Shown: positions 35,138 through 45,294 of the stretch, piece by piece | How the letters are laid out: the number at the start of each line of letters is the position of its first letter | Numbering within the stretch: the stretch's first letter is position 1 | Source: a bacterium | GTDB lineage: Bacteria > Bacteroidota > Bacteroidia > Bacteroidales > UBA932 | Assembly (NCBI GenBank): GCA_963637965.1 | Contig: CAVHPI010000001.1 | Location: 48,032-112,031 of the forward strand | Direction: 5' to 3' | DNA length: 64,000 nucleotides | Notes under the pieces: generated by a model | Database searches by the model: none | The model's input: only the letters and a program-made list of their open reading frames with translations | Told to the model about the DNA's origin: nothing | Translations under genes and position numbers: made by a program

Positions 35138-37807
35138 ATGAAAAGAATCCTGACCTTCTGCATCTCTCTGCTCATAGCCGCGGACGCCTTCTGCGGCGAC
35201 GGCTTTCTTAAAGGCTACCGCCAGAGCGCAAAGACTCCCGTGCGATGCACCGAGAGCGACTTTGAGTGGAGCGGCTACACCAACTGGTGGAACAGCATCT
35301 ACTTCAAACAGATGCGCTATGGCAACCTCTACAAGATAACGGTGCCCGACGCCGAAAAAATGTTTGCGCAGGCGCGTCGCGACATCGCCACCGACCTGGG
35401 GCTCACCGGGCTGCAGATGGAAGAGGGCTTCATCAAGAGCCTGGCTTCAGCCCCCTACACCACCCTTGTGGACCCCGACGAGCAGACCCTTAAGGAGGCT
35501 CTACAGAAGGGGGGTAACACTCTGGTGCTTGCCGCAAGAGGATCGCAGCTGGGCAGCAAACTCGCCTCAAAGGGGAGCGTGGCAATGCCCGACGCCCCCA
35601 GCTACCAGACGCGCGGCGGGCTGCGAAACCCTCTGGATGCCTTTGTGCTGAGCAAGGGGAGCAGCAAGCTGTTCGTGGCAGTGGGCCGCAGCGAAGATCT
35701 CGCGCGCTTCGGCAGCCTTGTGGAGCAGACCATCGCCCTGATAAATGAATATGACCTCAAGCGGGGCTGGTTTGCCGTCGGCACCGACTACCGCACGGTT
35801 ACCTGCCAGCCCGGCACTCCGCTGGAAGTGCTCGGGGCAGGTATGGACGAGGGCAACAGCTGGTTTGTGTTCGCCGGCGAATACGAACGCCTCAACAAGG
35901 AGAATATGGACCGCTGGATAGACGAGGCCGGCCACGTTGTGGAGGCGGCCGTCGGGGCCCACACCCTCTACGACTGCGAGAGTTGGGATGGATTCCAGGA
36001 GCAGCTGATGAACGATGATATGCGCCTCTACGCCAAGGAGCGCGACGCGCGCCACGGCTACCTGTTCCGCCCCGTCATAGACCTGGGCGACTATTCCGGG
36101 ACAGGATACGACATCTACGACGGACTGCTGGCAGTGCCCAACTACGAGCCGCGGCTGGACACCTGCAGCAAGCCCTTTGCGCTGGAGACCGGCAAACTCT
36201 CGGGCGGAACTGAAAACTGCATGATACTGTTTGTCCCCAAAGGGGAGAAATTCAGCCGCAAGGTGATGTGGGACGCCATTCTCGACCGCCGCGCGGTGGG
36301 TATGGAGAAGGGGGGCATCCTGATCGGGTCGGAAGAGTTCCGCCGCCCGATCCAGATGCTTATGCTGGACTGCGAGTGGATCGAAGATCTCTTCGGCGAC
36401 CGCGTCAGCATCAAGGCGCATGTAGAGGGTACCACCCTCAAGGTGGATCTGGCAAATATGGACGATACCGCCAAGAAGGGCACATTCACACTGGGTTTCC
36501 CCACCGGAGTGGCCGCATCGGGCAGCGTCCCGCAGCAGGTGTCGGTTCCCGCCTCTGGAGTCCGCCACATCGAGATAGAGCTCGCCCTGCAGGAGAGCGC
36601 AATGGGGCACAGAAGCCCTATTGTGGTGGGCTACGACTGGGGCAAATCCTCAAAGAAGGTCATAGCCGAGCTGGATATGCCCTCTGCTGTGGCGACCCAC
36701 CGTCTGCTTTACGGCACATCGTCCGGCTGCGAATTCCCCGTGTCGGTGTTCAACATCACCGGAGAGAAAAAGGCGATAGATGTAAAAGTGTCGGTGGCCA
36801 GAAAAGAGGCCCCCGCCCAGCCTGTGGCGACCCTCTCGCAGAGCATCACCCTGGACAAGGCCGAATCCGGCAAGCTGGTCTTTGACCTCAAGCTCCCCGG
36901 CGGCAGCTACACCGCCACCGCAGAGGCGATGGGCATATCCGCCGCCACCCAGCTGGGCATCGGAAGCGAGAGCAGCGGCGTGAGCGTGCGCCGCGAAGAC
37001 ACCGACGGCGACGGCATAGACGAATATATAATGGAGAACAGCAGCGTGCGGGTGACCCTGCTTGCAATCGGCGCCCGCGTGATAGAATATTATGTTAAGA
37101 GCAAAGACGACAATGTCCTGTTCAAGAACTGGCCCAACCAGCCCGACGACCTTGACCGCCCCCACCGCAGGCGCAACTTTTGGCCCTACGGCGGCTTCGA
37201 GGACTTCCTGGGGCAGGCCAGCGTTGAGACCCACGAGGTGTTCGACGCCGAAATCGTGAAGGATGGTGGCGACTGCGGCGAGGTGGTGATGCGCGCCGAC
37301 TTCTACGGCAACATCGTGGAGAAGCGCTTCACCCTCTACGGCGACACCCCGCTGCTGGGCGTCCGCTTTGCCCTGGACATGGTCAATCCCGAGTTCAACG
37401 TGCTCGGCCCCCAACCCATCCTGGAGGTTGGCAAGGCCCACGACGAGCAGGATCGCGTGATAGTGCCCGAGGCCGACGGTCTGGGAGAGTACACAATGCG
37501 GCGCGACGACTACTGGGGCAAGTTCCTCTATCCCGTGGAGGGATGGAACGTGGACTATGACACCGTGGAGGACCTCTACTTTGCCGGAGCATTCCCCGTG
37601 GACCAACCCTTTACCCTGCACATGTGGCACAACCATCCCCGCAACCGCGACACCCGCTTCTACTACTGCGAGATGCAGACCTGGATGGACATCTTCCGCC
37701 ACAACACCACCTACTTCTCTTATTATATGTGGGCGGCAGAGGGCCCCTGGCAGGAGGGCATCGAGGCCATGAGAGAGCGCAACCTGATCACAGAAACCAA
37801 AAAATAA
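35138..37807 (+). CDS. Large secreted protein of unknown function (889 aa)
   Basis: The start is taken at ATG 35138 (MKRILTFCISLLIAADAFCG signal). Central beta-sandwich-like segments. C-terminal segment begins with the Asp-rich loop REDTDGDGIDEYIMENSSVRVTLL. I can name no catalytic motif. Confidence 0.7.
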   Translation: MKRILTFCISLLIAADAFCGDGFLKGYRQSAKTPVRCTESDFEWSGYTNWWNSIYFKQMRYGNLYKITVPDAEKMFAQARRDIATDLGLTGLQMEEGFIKSLASAPYTTLVDPDEQTLKEALQKGGNTLVLAARGSQLGSKLASKGSVAMPDAPSYQTRGGLRNPLDAFVLSKGSSKLFVAVGRSEDLARFGSLVEQTIALINEYDLKRGWFAVGTDYRTVTCQPGTPLEVLGAGMDEGNSWFVFAGEYERLNKENMDRWIDEAGHVVEAAVGAHTLYDCESWDGFQEQLMNDDMRLYAKERDARHGYLFRPVIDLGDYSGTGYDIYDGLLAVPNYEPRLDTCSKPFALETGKLSGGTENCMILFVPKGEKFSRKVMWDAILDRRAVGMEKGGILIGSEEFRRPIQMLMLDCEWIEDLFGDRVSIKAHVEGTTLKVDLANMDDTAKKGTFTLGFPTGVAASGSVPQQVSVPASGVRHIEIELALQESAMGHRSPIVVGYDWGKSSKKVIAELDMPSAVATHRLLYGTSSGCEFPVSVFNITGEKKAIDVKVSVARKEAPAQPVATLSQSITLDKAESGKLVFDLKLPGGSYTATAEAMGISAATQLGIGSESSGVSVRREDTDGDGIDEYIMENSSVRVTLLAIGARVIEYYVKSKDDNVLFKNWPNQPDDLDRPHRRRNFWPYGGFEDFLGQASVETHEVFDAEIVKDGGDCGEVVMRADFYGNIVEKRFTLYGDTPLLGVRFALDMVNPEFNVLGPQPILEVGKAHDEQDRVIVPEADGLGEYTMRRDDYWGKFLYPVEGWNVDYDTVEDLYFAGAFPVDQPFTLHMWHNHPRNRDTRFYYCEMQTWMDIFRHNTTYFSYYMWAAEGPWQEGIEAMRERNLITETKK

Positions 37808-37811
37808 CATT

Positions 37812-39245
37812 ATGAAAAGCAGACTATTCACGGCTGCGGCGGCCGTTGCGGCACTTGCGTGCTGCACTGCGTGCCAGAGCAGTCCCAAAGAAGAAACAAC
37901 AGTAAACGAAGAGGCGATGAAGCACAAGATCTACTCCATATCCATGAACAAGATATGCAAGGAGTGGGACGGACAGTGGCAGGGAATGACAGTGGCCAGC
38001 GACGGCAACTGCTACTTCGGCTCATCCACACATTCCAAGAGCCACGGCGCGGGCTTCCACAAGTTTGACCCCCGCACCTATCAGCACACTATGATAGAGG
38101 AGGATATGACCTACCGCTGCGGCGAGCAGGACCTTCCGTTCCAGCAGGGCAAGATCCACAGCCCCATTGTGGAGTGCAACGGCTGGCTCTATTTCACCAC
38201 CCACCTTTCCAACTATTGGAAGGAGGGCATCGAGGCCTACCCCGGCGCGCACGTGTTCGGGTATGAACTGGCCACAGGCGCCTGGCGCGACTATGGCATA
38301 GTGAAGCCCCGCTACTCGATCTATTCCGCCATCGGCGTGGATCCCGACCGCGGCAAGCTGTATGTATTCCTGGTTCCCTTCGCTCCCGACCTCTATCAGA
38401 ACGACGGCTGCCATCTCTACAGCATCGACATGACCAGCGGCGAGAAAGAGGATCTGGGCAAAGTTGTGGACGGCCGCCTGGGCGCCTCCTTCTGGTTCTA
38501 CGTTGACAACGGCGGCAATGTGTGGTTCTCCCTCTGGAAGCGCAACTACGCCTACGCAAACGACTGCGGCAACCTCTATGTTTACCGTCCCGACGAGCAC
38601 AAGATCACCACATACAGCGATGTCCTGCCCAAGGGTCGCCTGATAGACGGCACCCGCGTGAGCGAATTCCAGGACACCCAGCGCGCTTGGACCTGGATAT
38701 CCCCGCTCAAAGACCGCAGCAAGTGCTATTTCACGATGGGTGCGCTGGGCGGCGGCGACGAGCACCTCTGGCTCTTTGACCCCACCAAGGACATCGCCTC
38801 CGGCGAAGCATTCGAAGAGGTTGCGGCCATCGGCTCCAACTACTTCCAGACCGCAGTGGGCGGCGACCGCCTCTACTTTGTGCAGTACGAGAGTCTCGAG
38901 GACGAGCGCAACCTCTTCTCGGAGGACGAGCGCGAGGTTGACCCCGACAGCCCCGAATATGTTGACCGCCGCCTGCACCTGCGCAGCATCTCCCTTGCAG
39001 AGGGGGCTGACCGCAACGCCATCACCGACCACGGTGCACTGGTAGATCAGGACGGTCGCTTTGCCAAGATGATAATGTCAATGGCGGCCGACGATTGCGG
39101 CCACGTGTTCGTATACGGCAGCTGGAGCGTAAAATCATTTAAGGAGGCCACTTTGCAGTACCTCCTTTTCGATCATCCCAACGGAGACCTCTACCGTCTG
39201 CTCAAGAGGGGCGAGTTCTTCGCGGTTATAGATGTAAACAAATAG
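37812..39245 (+). CDS. Lipoprotein of unknown function, probable beta-propeller
   Basis: Signal with Cys cluster AALACCTAC. Recurrent G-x-hydrophobic-Y/W-F strands (NCYFGSS, GWLYFTTH, GKLYVFLV, GNVWFSLW, GNLYVYRP, SKCYFTMG, DRLYFVQY, GHVFVYGS). Starts 4 nt after the previous gene. Confidence 0.7.
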   Translation: MKSRLFTAAAAVAALACCTACQSSPKEETTVNEEAMKHKIYSISMNKICKEWDGQWQGMTVASDGNCYFGSSTHSKSHGAGFHKFDPRTYQHTMIEEDMTYRCGEQDLPFQQGKIHSPIVECNGWLYFTTHLSNYWKEGIEAYPGAHVFGYELATGAWRDYGIVKPRYSIYSAIGVDPDRGKLYVFLVPFAPDLYQNDGCHLYSIDMTSGEKEDLGKVVDGRLGASFWFYVDNGGNVWFSLWKRNYAYANDCGNLYVYRPDEHKITTYSDVLPKGRLIDGTRVSEFQDTQRAWTWISPLKDRSKCYFTMGALGGGDEHLWLFDPTKDIASGEAFEEVAAIGSNYFQTAVGGDRLYFVQYESLEDERNLFSEDEREVDPDSPEYVDRRLHLRSISLAEGADRNAITDHGALVDQDGRFAKMIMSMAADDCGHVFVYGSWSVKSFKEATLQYLLFDHPNGDLYRLLKRGEFFAVIDVNK

Positions 39246-39251
39246 TGCGGA

Positions 39252-39824
39252 TCAGTCTATCAGGGCAGCTACTTTCTTGTAGTTGTCCTCGATGGACCCG
39301 TCCGGGTCGGCAACGACCTCTACATATTTATTCTGAGCCTTGTAATATTTTATTACGGGCTCAGTTTTTTCATGGTATGTCCTGATGCGGTTGGTGATGA
39401 TGGCATCGTCGGCGTCGTCGGCACGGTTCTCAATGGCGGCGCGCCCCTTGATGCGCTTGCGCACATCCTCGTCGCTGAGGTAGATGGATACCACGCGGTC
39501 TATGGCCGCGCCCCTCTCCTCAAGCATAACGTCCAGCGCCTCGGCCTGGGCCGTGGTGCGGGGGAAGCCGTCCAGCAGAAAGCCGCGCACGCCGGCATTG
39601 GAGTCAAATTCGCTGCGGATCATTCCGCAAACCACCTCGTCCGGCACAAGATTGCCCTTCTCGATGAGTTCCTTGGCCTGCAGTCCCAGGGGGGTGCCGG
39701 CAGCTATCTCCTTGCGCAGAAGGTCGCCCGTCGAGATGTGATAATAGCCGCGGTTCTGCACCAGCAGCTTTGCAAAAGTGCCCTTGCCCGCTCCGGGAGG
39801 GCCAAAAAGTACATAGTATTTCAT
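39252..39824 (-). CDS. adk: Adenylate kinase
   Basis: The start is taken at ATG 39824 (MKYYVLFGPPGAGKGT). LLDGFPRT motif. The track's 54-aa W/T-rich extension is spurious. Confidence 0.95.
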   Translation of the reverse strand: MKYYVLFGPPGAGKGTFAKLLVQNRGYYHISTGDLLRKEIAAGTPLGLQAKELIEKGNLVPDEVVCGMIRSEFDSNAGVRGFLLDGFPRTTAQAEALDVMLEERGAAIDRVVSIYLSDEDVRKRIKGRAAIENRADDADDAIITNRIRTYHEKTEPVIKYYKAQNKYVEVVADPDGSIEDNYKKVAALID

Positions 39825-39846
39825 AATTGTTTGTGAATTGCCGGAT

Positions 39847-40398
39847 TTATTCCGCCTGCTCCTTGAGAACATAGATGCTGTCCAGGTTGCGGCCCAGCTG
39901 GTCATAGTCCAGGCCCCAGCCCACCACGAATTTGTTTGGCAAGTCCATTGCCACATAATCCATCGGAATGTCAAGCTTGTAGACATCGCGCTTTAAAGAG
40001 AAGGTGCACACGCGTATGTCGGCCGCGCCCCTCTCCTTGAGTTGATTCACAAGGCTCTCGATGGTGAATCCGGTGTCCACTATATCCTCCACTATCACCA
40101 CGGTGCGCCCCTTGATGTCTATGTCCAGCCCCATCAGTTCGCGCATCTTCCCGGTGGATTTTGTACCCTCGTAAGAAGAAAGCCTGATGGAGGCTATCTC
40201 CAGGGGGAAATTGAGCCTGGGCAGCAGATGGCCGCAGAAGACAATCGAGCCGTTGAGCACGCACAGCATCACCGGAACGACATCTCCCCCAGCGAAGTCT
40301 TTGTTGATTTTGGCCGCTACACCATCCACTGCTTCAATAATTTTGTCATTTGAAATATAGGGGACGAACTCCTTTCCGAAGATTGTGACTGACTCCAT
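39847..40398 (-). CDS. hpt: Hypoxanthine phosphoribosyltransferase
   Basis: PRPP motif VVIVEDIVDTGFT; 183 aa. Confidence 0.95.
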   Translation of the reverse strand: MESVTIFGKEFVPYISNDKIIEAVDGVAAKINKDFAGGDVVPVMLCVLNGSIVFCGHLLPRLNFPLEIASIRLSSYEGTKSTGKMRELMGLDIDIKGRTVVIVEDIVDTGFTIESLVNQLKERGAADIRVCTFSLKRDVYKLDIPMDYVAMDLPNKFVVGWGLDYDQLGRNLDSIYVLKEQAE

Positions 40399-40428
40399 TT
40401 CAAGAGATTGTTTTTAAAATTTTGGTTG

Positions 40429-40460
40429 TTTGTAATTCTGCGAATTTAAAACTATTTTTG
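40429..40460 (+). promoter_or_regulatory. Candidate purE promoter (-33 TTTG, -7 TATTTTTG)
   Basis: TTTG at 40429-40432, a 20-nt spacer, then TATTTTTG at 40453-40460, 21 nt before ATG 40482. Confidence 0.5.
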
Positions 40461-40481
40461 TTTAATTTGAAAAAAACGAAA

Positions 40482-40994
40482 ATGACACCTCTCGTAAGCA
40501 TTATAATGGGCAGCGTTTCTGATATGCCCGTACTCAAGCCGGCAGCCGACTTTCTCAACGAAATGGAGATTCCCTTTGAACTCAACGCCCTCTCTGCGCA
40601 CCGCACGCCGCAGCAGGTGGCCGAGTTTGCAGAAGGGGCCGCGGCGCGCGGCATCAAGGTAATCATCGCCGCTGCGGGCGGTGCGGCCCACCTTCCCGGC
40701 GTTATTGCCGCCTCCACCCCCCTGCCCGTGATAGGAGTGCCCGTAAAGTCCTCCAACTCAATGGACGGCTGGGACTCGGTGCTCTCGATTCTGCAGATGC
40801 CCTCCGGCATCCCCGTGGCCACGATGGCGCTGGACGGCGCCCGCAACGCGGCCATCTACGCCCTGCAGATTCTCGCCACCGGCGACGCCGCCCTCGCCGC
40901 AAAGATGGCGACCTACAAAGCCTCGCTCAAAGACAAGGTGGCCAAAGCCAACGAAGAGCTCAAAAAAATCGAATACAAGTTTAAGACTAACTAA
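40482..40994 (+). CDS. purE: 5-(carboxyamino)imidazole ribonucleotide mutase
   Basis: The start is taken at ATG 40482 (MTPLVSIIMGSVSDMPV). SAHRTP and AGGAAHLPGV motifs. Confidence 0.95.
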   Translation: MTPLVSIIMGSVSDMPVLKPAADFLNEMEIPFELNALSAHRTPQQVAEFAEGAAARGIKVIIAAAGGAAHLPGVIAASTPLPVIGVPVKSSNSMDGWDSVLSILQMPSGIPVATMALDGARNAAIYALQILATGDAALAAKMATYKASLKDKVAKANEELKKIEYKFKTN

Positions 40995-41010
40995 TAAACC
41001 ACAAACCACT

Positions 41011-42885
41011 ATGTCCGAAAAACTGTTTGCCGAATTCCCTCCGGTCTCTACCGAGCAGTGGGAGGAGGCGATAAACAAAGACCTCAAAGGGGCCGACTAC
41101 GACAAGAAACTTGTCTGGAAGACCCAGGAAGGCTTTTCTGTACGCCCGTACTACCGTATGGACGACCTTTCCGGCATTGAGTCAAAAGATTCCAAGCCGG
41201 GAGAATTCCCCTATGTGCGCGGCACCGAGAGCTGCTGCAACGACTGGCTGGTGCGCCAGGACTATTCCCTCGCCGACGGAGTTGCCGAGGCCAACCGCCT
41301 CGCCCTGGACGGTCTCATGAAGGGAGTGAGTTCCGTGGGCTTCCGCCTGGACGGCATCAAGACCCTCAGCGAAGAGGAGATCGCGACCCTGCTCGGCGGC
41401 ATTTCGCTCCCCGCAGTGGAGGTCAACTTCTGCGGCTGCTGCCCCGGCAAGAGCTTCTCTCTGCTGGAGAACTTCCTCACTTATGTGAAGAAGCAGGGCA
41501 TCGCCCCCGCCGATGTGCGCGCATCGTTTGACTTCAGCCCGCTGCACGCCCTTACAGTCAAGGGGCACTGCTGCGCCGACGCATTCGAAAAGCTCAAGAA
41601 GTGCGTGGAGGCGGTGGCCGAATACCCCTCGATCCGCGTCATAAACGTGGAGGCATACGACTTCAACAATGCCGGGGCAAGCATCAGCCAGGAGCTGGGC
41701 TACGCAATGGCCATTGCAAATGAATATATGAGCGTCCTCACCGACCTCGGCCTTGAGGCGGAAAAGATTGCGGAGCGCATCAAGTTCACATTTGCCGTAG
41801 GCGGCAACTATTTCTTCGAAATCGCCAAGTTCAGGGCCGCACGCGTGCTCTGGGCCAATATTGCAAAGGCATACGGCGTGGAGAATCCCGCTGCGCAAAA
41901 GATACAGTCACACGCCGTGACAAGCAGCTGGAACCAGACCGTATATGACTCTTATGTAAATATGCTGCGCGACACCACCGAGGCCATGAGCGCCGCCATC
42001 GCCGGCGTGCACTCCCTGGTGGTGCTCCCCTTTGACCACCCCTACCGCAAGGCGGGCGAATTCTCCAACCGCATCGCCCGCAATGTGCAGTCCATCCTCA
42101 AGGAGGAGGCTCACTTCGACAAGGTTATAGACCCCGCCGGCGGCAGCTATTATATCGAGAACCTCACCGCAAGCATCGGCAAGTCAGCTTGGGACATCTT
42201 CAAGGCTGTGGAGGCCGAGGGCGGATATGTTGCCGCATTCAAGGCCGGCAGCATCCAGAAGGCCATCAAGGAGGTCTCCGCCAAGAGAGATCTGAACATC
42301 GCCCGCAGGCGCGAGACCATTCTGGGCACCAACCAGTACCCCAACTTCCTGGAGACCGCTCAGGATGAGATCACTCCCGAGATCGTGACCCGCGGCGCGC
42401 AGAAGAGCGCCTGCAAGTGCGAGAAAGAGGCCGAGCCGCTGGAGGTCTACCGCGGCGCGCAGGCGTTTGAGGCGCTGCGTATGGCCACCGACCGCAGCGG
42501 CAAGCGTCCCACGGCGTTTATGCTCACCTTCGGCAACCTGGCGATGTGCCGCGCACGCGCCCAGTTCAGCTGCAACTTCTTTGCCGTGGCTGGCTTCAAG
42601 GTGGTGGACAACAACCGCTTCGCCACTATAGAGGAGGGGGTCAAGGCGGCCCTCGAGTCTGGTGCCGAGATTGTCGTGGCCTGCTCTGCCGACGACGAGT
42701 ACGCAGAGGCAGTTCCGCAGATTGCCGAGGCCATCGCGGGCAAGGCGGTGGTGGTAGTTGCCGGCGACCCGGAGTGCCGAGGCGAGCTCGAAGCCAAAGG
42801 CATCACAAATTATATCAACGTCAGGTGCAACGTCCTTGAGACCCTCAAGGAATATCAGGCCAAGATGGGCATCGAAACACTCTAA
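41011..42885 (+). CDS. mutA: Methylmalonyl-CoA mutase small (beta) subunit
   Basis: 624 aa. MCM-like barrel without the catalytic set. C-terminal flavodoxin-like domain lacking DxHxxG. Directly precedes mutB. Confidence 0.9.
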   Translation: MSEKLFAEFPPVSTEQWEEAINKDLKGADYDKKLVWKTQEGFSVRPYYRMDDLSGIESKDSKPGEFPYVRGTESCCNDWLVRQDYSLADGVAEANRLALDGLMKGVSSVGFRLDGIKTLSEEEIATLLGGISLPAVEVNFCGCCPGKSFSLLENFLTYVKKQGIAPADVRASFDFSPLHALTVKGHCCADAFEKLKKCVEAVAEYPSIRVINVEAYDFNNAGASISQELGYAMAIANEYMSVLTDLGLEAEKIAERIKFTFAVGGNYFFEIAKFRAARVLWANIAKAYGVENPAAQKIQSHAVTSSWNQTVYDSYVNMLRDTTEAMSAAIAGVHSLVVLPFDHPYRKAGEFSNRIARNVQSILKEEAHFDKVIDPAGGSYYIENLTASIGKSAWDIFKAVEAEGGYVAAFKAGSIQKAIKEVSAKRDLNIARRRETILGTNQYPNFLETAQDEITPEIVTRGAQKSACKCEKEAEPLEVYRGAQAFEALRMATDRSGKRPTAFMLTFGNLAMCRARAQFSCNFFAVAGFKVVDNNRFATIEEGVKAALESGAEIVVACSADDEYAEAVPQIAEAIAGKAVVVVAGDPECRGELEAKGITNYINVRCNVLETLKEYQAKMGIETL

Positions 42886-42897
42886 AATTTTATCGCA

Positions 42898-45033
42898 ATG
42901 AGACCTAATTTCAAAGATATAGATTACAAGGGTGCGGGCGCCCATTCCTGCGGTTGCCCCGAAAGCCAGTCAGAAGTCTGGCACACCTCAGAAAAGATAG
43001 ATGTCAAGCCGCTCTACACGGCCTCTGACCTGGAAAAGATGGAGCACCTGAACTATGCGGCAGGCATCGCTCCCTATCTGCGCGGCCCCTACTCCACAAT
43101 GTATGTGATGCGGCCGTGGACCATCCGCCAGTATGCCGGCTTCTCCACCGCAGAGGAGTCCAACGCATTCTACCGCCGCAATCTGGCCTCCGGCCAGAAG
43201 GGCCTTTCCGTGGCCTTTGACCTCGCCACCCACCGCGGTTACGATGCCGACCACCCGCGCGTAGTGGGCGATGTGGGCAAGGCTGGCGTGTCCATCTGCT
43301 CCGTGGAGGACATGAAGGTGCTCTTTGACCAGATTCCTCTGGGCAAGATGTCCGTCTCAATGACTATGAACGGCGCCGTGCTGCCCATCATGGCATTCTA
43401 CATCGTGGCCGGCCTGGAGCAGGGCGTCAAGCTGGAAGAGATGGCCGGCACCATCCAGAACGACATTCTCAAGGAATTTATGGTGCGCAACACCTACATC
43501 TACCCGCCGGCATTCTCGATGCGCATAATCGGTGACATTTTCGCATACACCTCCAAGTATATGCCCAAATTCAACTCGATTTCCATCTCGGGCTACCATA
43601 TGCAGGAGGCGGGCGCCACCAACGACATCGAAATCGCCTACACTCTGGCCGACGGTCTGGAGTATCTGCGCACCGGCATCAAGGCCGGCATCGAGGTGGA
43701 TGCGTTTGCACCCCGGCTCTCCTTCTTCTGGGCCATCGGCATGAACCACTTCATGGAGATTGCCAAGATGCGCGCAGCCCGCATGCTCTGGGCCAAGATT
43801 GTGAAGCAGTTTGACCCCAAGAACCCCAAGAGCCTTGCGCTGCGCACCCACAGCCAGACATCCGGCTGGTCGCTCACCGCGCAGGACCCCTTCAACAATG
43901 TGGCGCGCACCTGCATCGAGGCCATGGGCGCCGCTCTGGGCCACACCCAAAGTCTGCACACCAACGCGCTGGACGAGGCCATCGCCCTGCCCACCGACTT
44001 CAGTGCCCGCATTGCCCGCAACACCCAGATTTACATTCAGGAGGAGACTTCCATCTGCAAGAGCGTAGACCCCTGGGCCGGCTCATATTATGTGGAGTCT
44101 CTCACCAACGAGATAGCCCACGCTGCCTGGAAGCACATCCAGGAGGTGGAGGAGCTGGGCGGCATGGCCAAGGCCATCGAGACCGGCATCCCCAAGCTCC
44201 GCATCGAGGAGGCCGCCGCACGCCGTCAGGCCCGCATCGACTCCGGTCTGGAGAAGATCATCGGCATCAACGAGTATGTGCTTGACCACGAGGACCCCAT
44301 CGAGATTCTGGATGTGGACAACACCAAGGTTCGCGAGAGCCAGGTTGCAAGGCTCAAGGAGCTGCGCGCAAAACGCGACAATGCCGCAGTCGAGGCCGCT
44401 CTGAATGCCATTACCAAGTCTGTCGAGACCGGCGAGGGCAACCTGCTGGAGCTGGCTGTGGAGGCCGCAAAGGTCCGCGCCACTTTGGGCGAGATCAGCG
44501 ATGCCTGCGAGAAGGTTGTAGGACGTTACAAAGCAGTTATCCGTATGAATACAGGTGTATATTCTTCCGAAATCAAACAGGACGCGGAGTTTGCAAAGGC
44601 CAAGGAGATGGTCGCATCCTTCGCGAAGAAAGAGGGTCGTCAGCCCCGTATCATGGTGGCCAAACTTGGTCAGGACGGTCACGACCGCGGCGCCAAGGTG
44701 GTAGCTACCGGATATGCCGACTGCGGCTTTGACGTGGATATGGGTCCTCTGTTCCAGACTCCGGAAGAGGCCGTGAAGGAGGCTGTGGAAAACGACGTGC
44801 ACGTGATCGGCGTCTCCAGCCTCGCCGCAGGCCACAAGACTCTGGTGCCCCAGGTCATCGCAGAACTCAAGAAGTATGGCCGCGAGGATATCATAGTGAT
44901 TGTGGGCGGCGTGATTCCGCCTCAGGATTATGATTTCCTCTACAAGGCAGGCGCCGCAGCCATCTTTGGCCCCGGCACCCGCATCGCCAAGTGCGTCATC
45001 GATATCATGAAGCTCCTCGGCGAGCAGGAATAG
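42898..45033 (+). CDS. mutB: Methylmalonyl-CoA mutase large (alpha) subunit
   Basis: 711 aa. [10 protein letters not shown]...[13 protein letters not shown]... and the B12-binding DxHxxG motif ([12 protein letters not shown]). Confidence 0.96.
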   Translation: MRPNFKDIDYKGAGAHSCGCPESQSEVWHTSEKIDVKPLYTASDLEKMEHLNYAAGIAPYLRGPYSTMYVMRPWTIRQYAGFSTAEESNAFYRRNLASGQKGLSVAFDLATHRGYDADHPRVVGDVGKAGVSICSVEDMKVLFDQIPLGKMSVSMTMNGAVLPIMAFYIVAGLEQGVKLEEMAGTIQNDILKEFMVRNTYIYPPAFSMRIIGDIFAYTSKYMPKFNSISISGYHMQEAGATNDIEIAYTLADGLEYLRTGIKAGIEVDAFAPRLSFFWAIGMNHFMEIAKMRAARMLWAKIVKQFDPKNPKSLALRTHSQTSGWSLTAQDPFNNVARTCIEAMGAALGHTQSLHTNALDEAIALPTDFSARIARNTQIYIQEETSICKSVDPWAGSYYVESLTNEIAHAAWKHIQEVEELGGMAKAIETGIPKLRIEEAAARRQARIDSGLEKIIGINEYVLDHEDPIEILDVDNTKVRESQVARLKELRAKRDNAAVEAALNAITKSVETGEGNLLELAVEAAKVRATLGEISDACEKVVGRYKAVIRMNTGVYSSEIKQDAEFAKAKEMVASFAKKEGRQPRIMVAKLGQDGHDRGAKVVATGYADCGFDVDMGPLFQTPEEAVKEAVENDVHVIGVSSLAAGHKTLVPQVIAELKKYGREDIIVIVGGVIPPQDYDFLYKAGAAAIFGPGTRIAKCVIDIMKLLGEQE

Positions 45034-45051
45034 TCCCGTTCAGAACCGATA

Positions 45052-45088
45052 AGACAGGCGGCCCCGTGGTGGACCGCCTGTCTTTTTT
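45052..45088 (+). terminator. Rho-independent terminator after mutB
   Basis: AGACAGGCGG (45052-45061) pairs with CCGCCTGTCT (45074-45083) around a 12-nt loop, followed by TTTTT. Confidence 0.85.
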
Positions 45089-45101
45089 AGACCCCAAAAA
45101 T

Positions 45102-45294
45102 TTAGAGTGTAGCGGAGTTGAGAGTTAATAAGATTACGAGCGAGATAGCGACTTTATAGACAACCAGACATTTCGGCGCATCAAATGCTGCGTACAAAGG
45201 GTCTTGGCGGATAGAAAAAATATCCGCTACGCCCCTTTGTGCATCCGCAAACATTGATGCGCCAATGGAATTTTGAACAATTCTTCTTAAGCGC
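45102..45294 (+). repeat. Full-length copy of the dispersed intergenic repeat
   Basis: Aligns with the reverse complement of 24164-24376. Nested helices 45175-45184/45254-45263, 45192-45201/45233-45242 and 45206-45213/45221-45228. Starts 14 nt after the mutB terminator. Confidence 0.85.

Noticed and set aside
40995-41010. A cobalamin riboswitch ahead of mutAB or other riboswitches ahead of pnuC, purE, metG and serC.
   Set aside because: The upstream spacers are only 16-80 nt and mostly promoter-like AT-rich sequence. That is too short for the known aptamers, and no conserved riboswitch cores were recognisable by eye.
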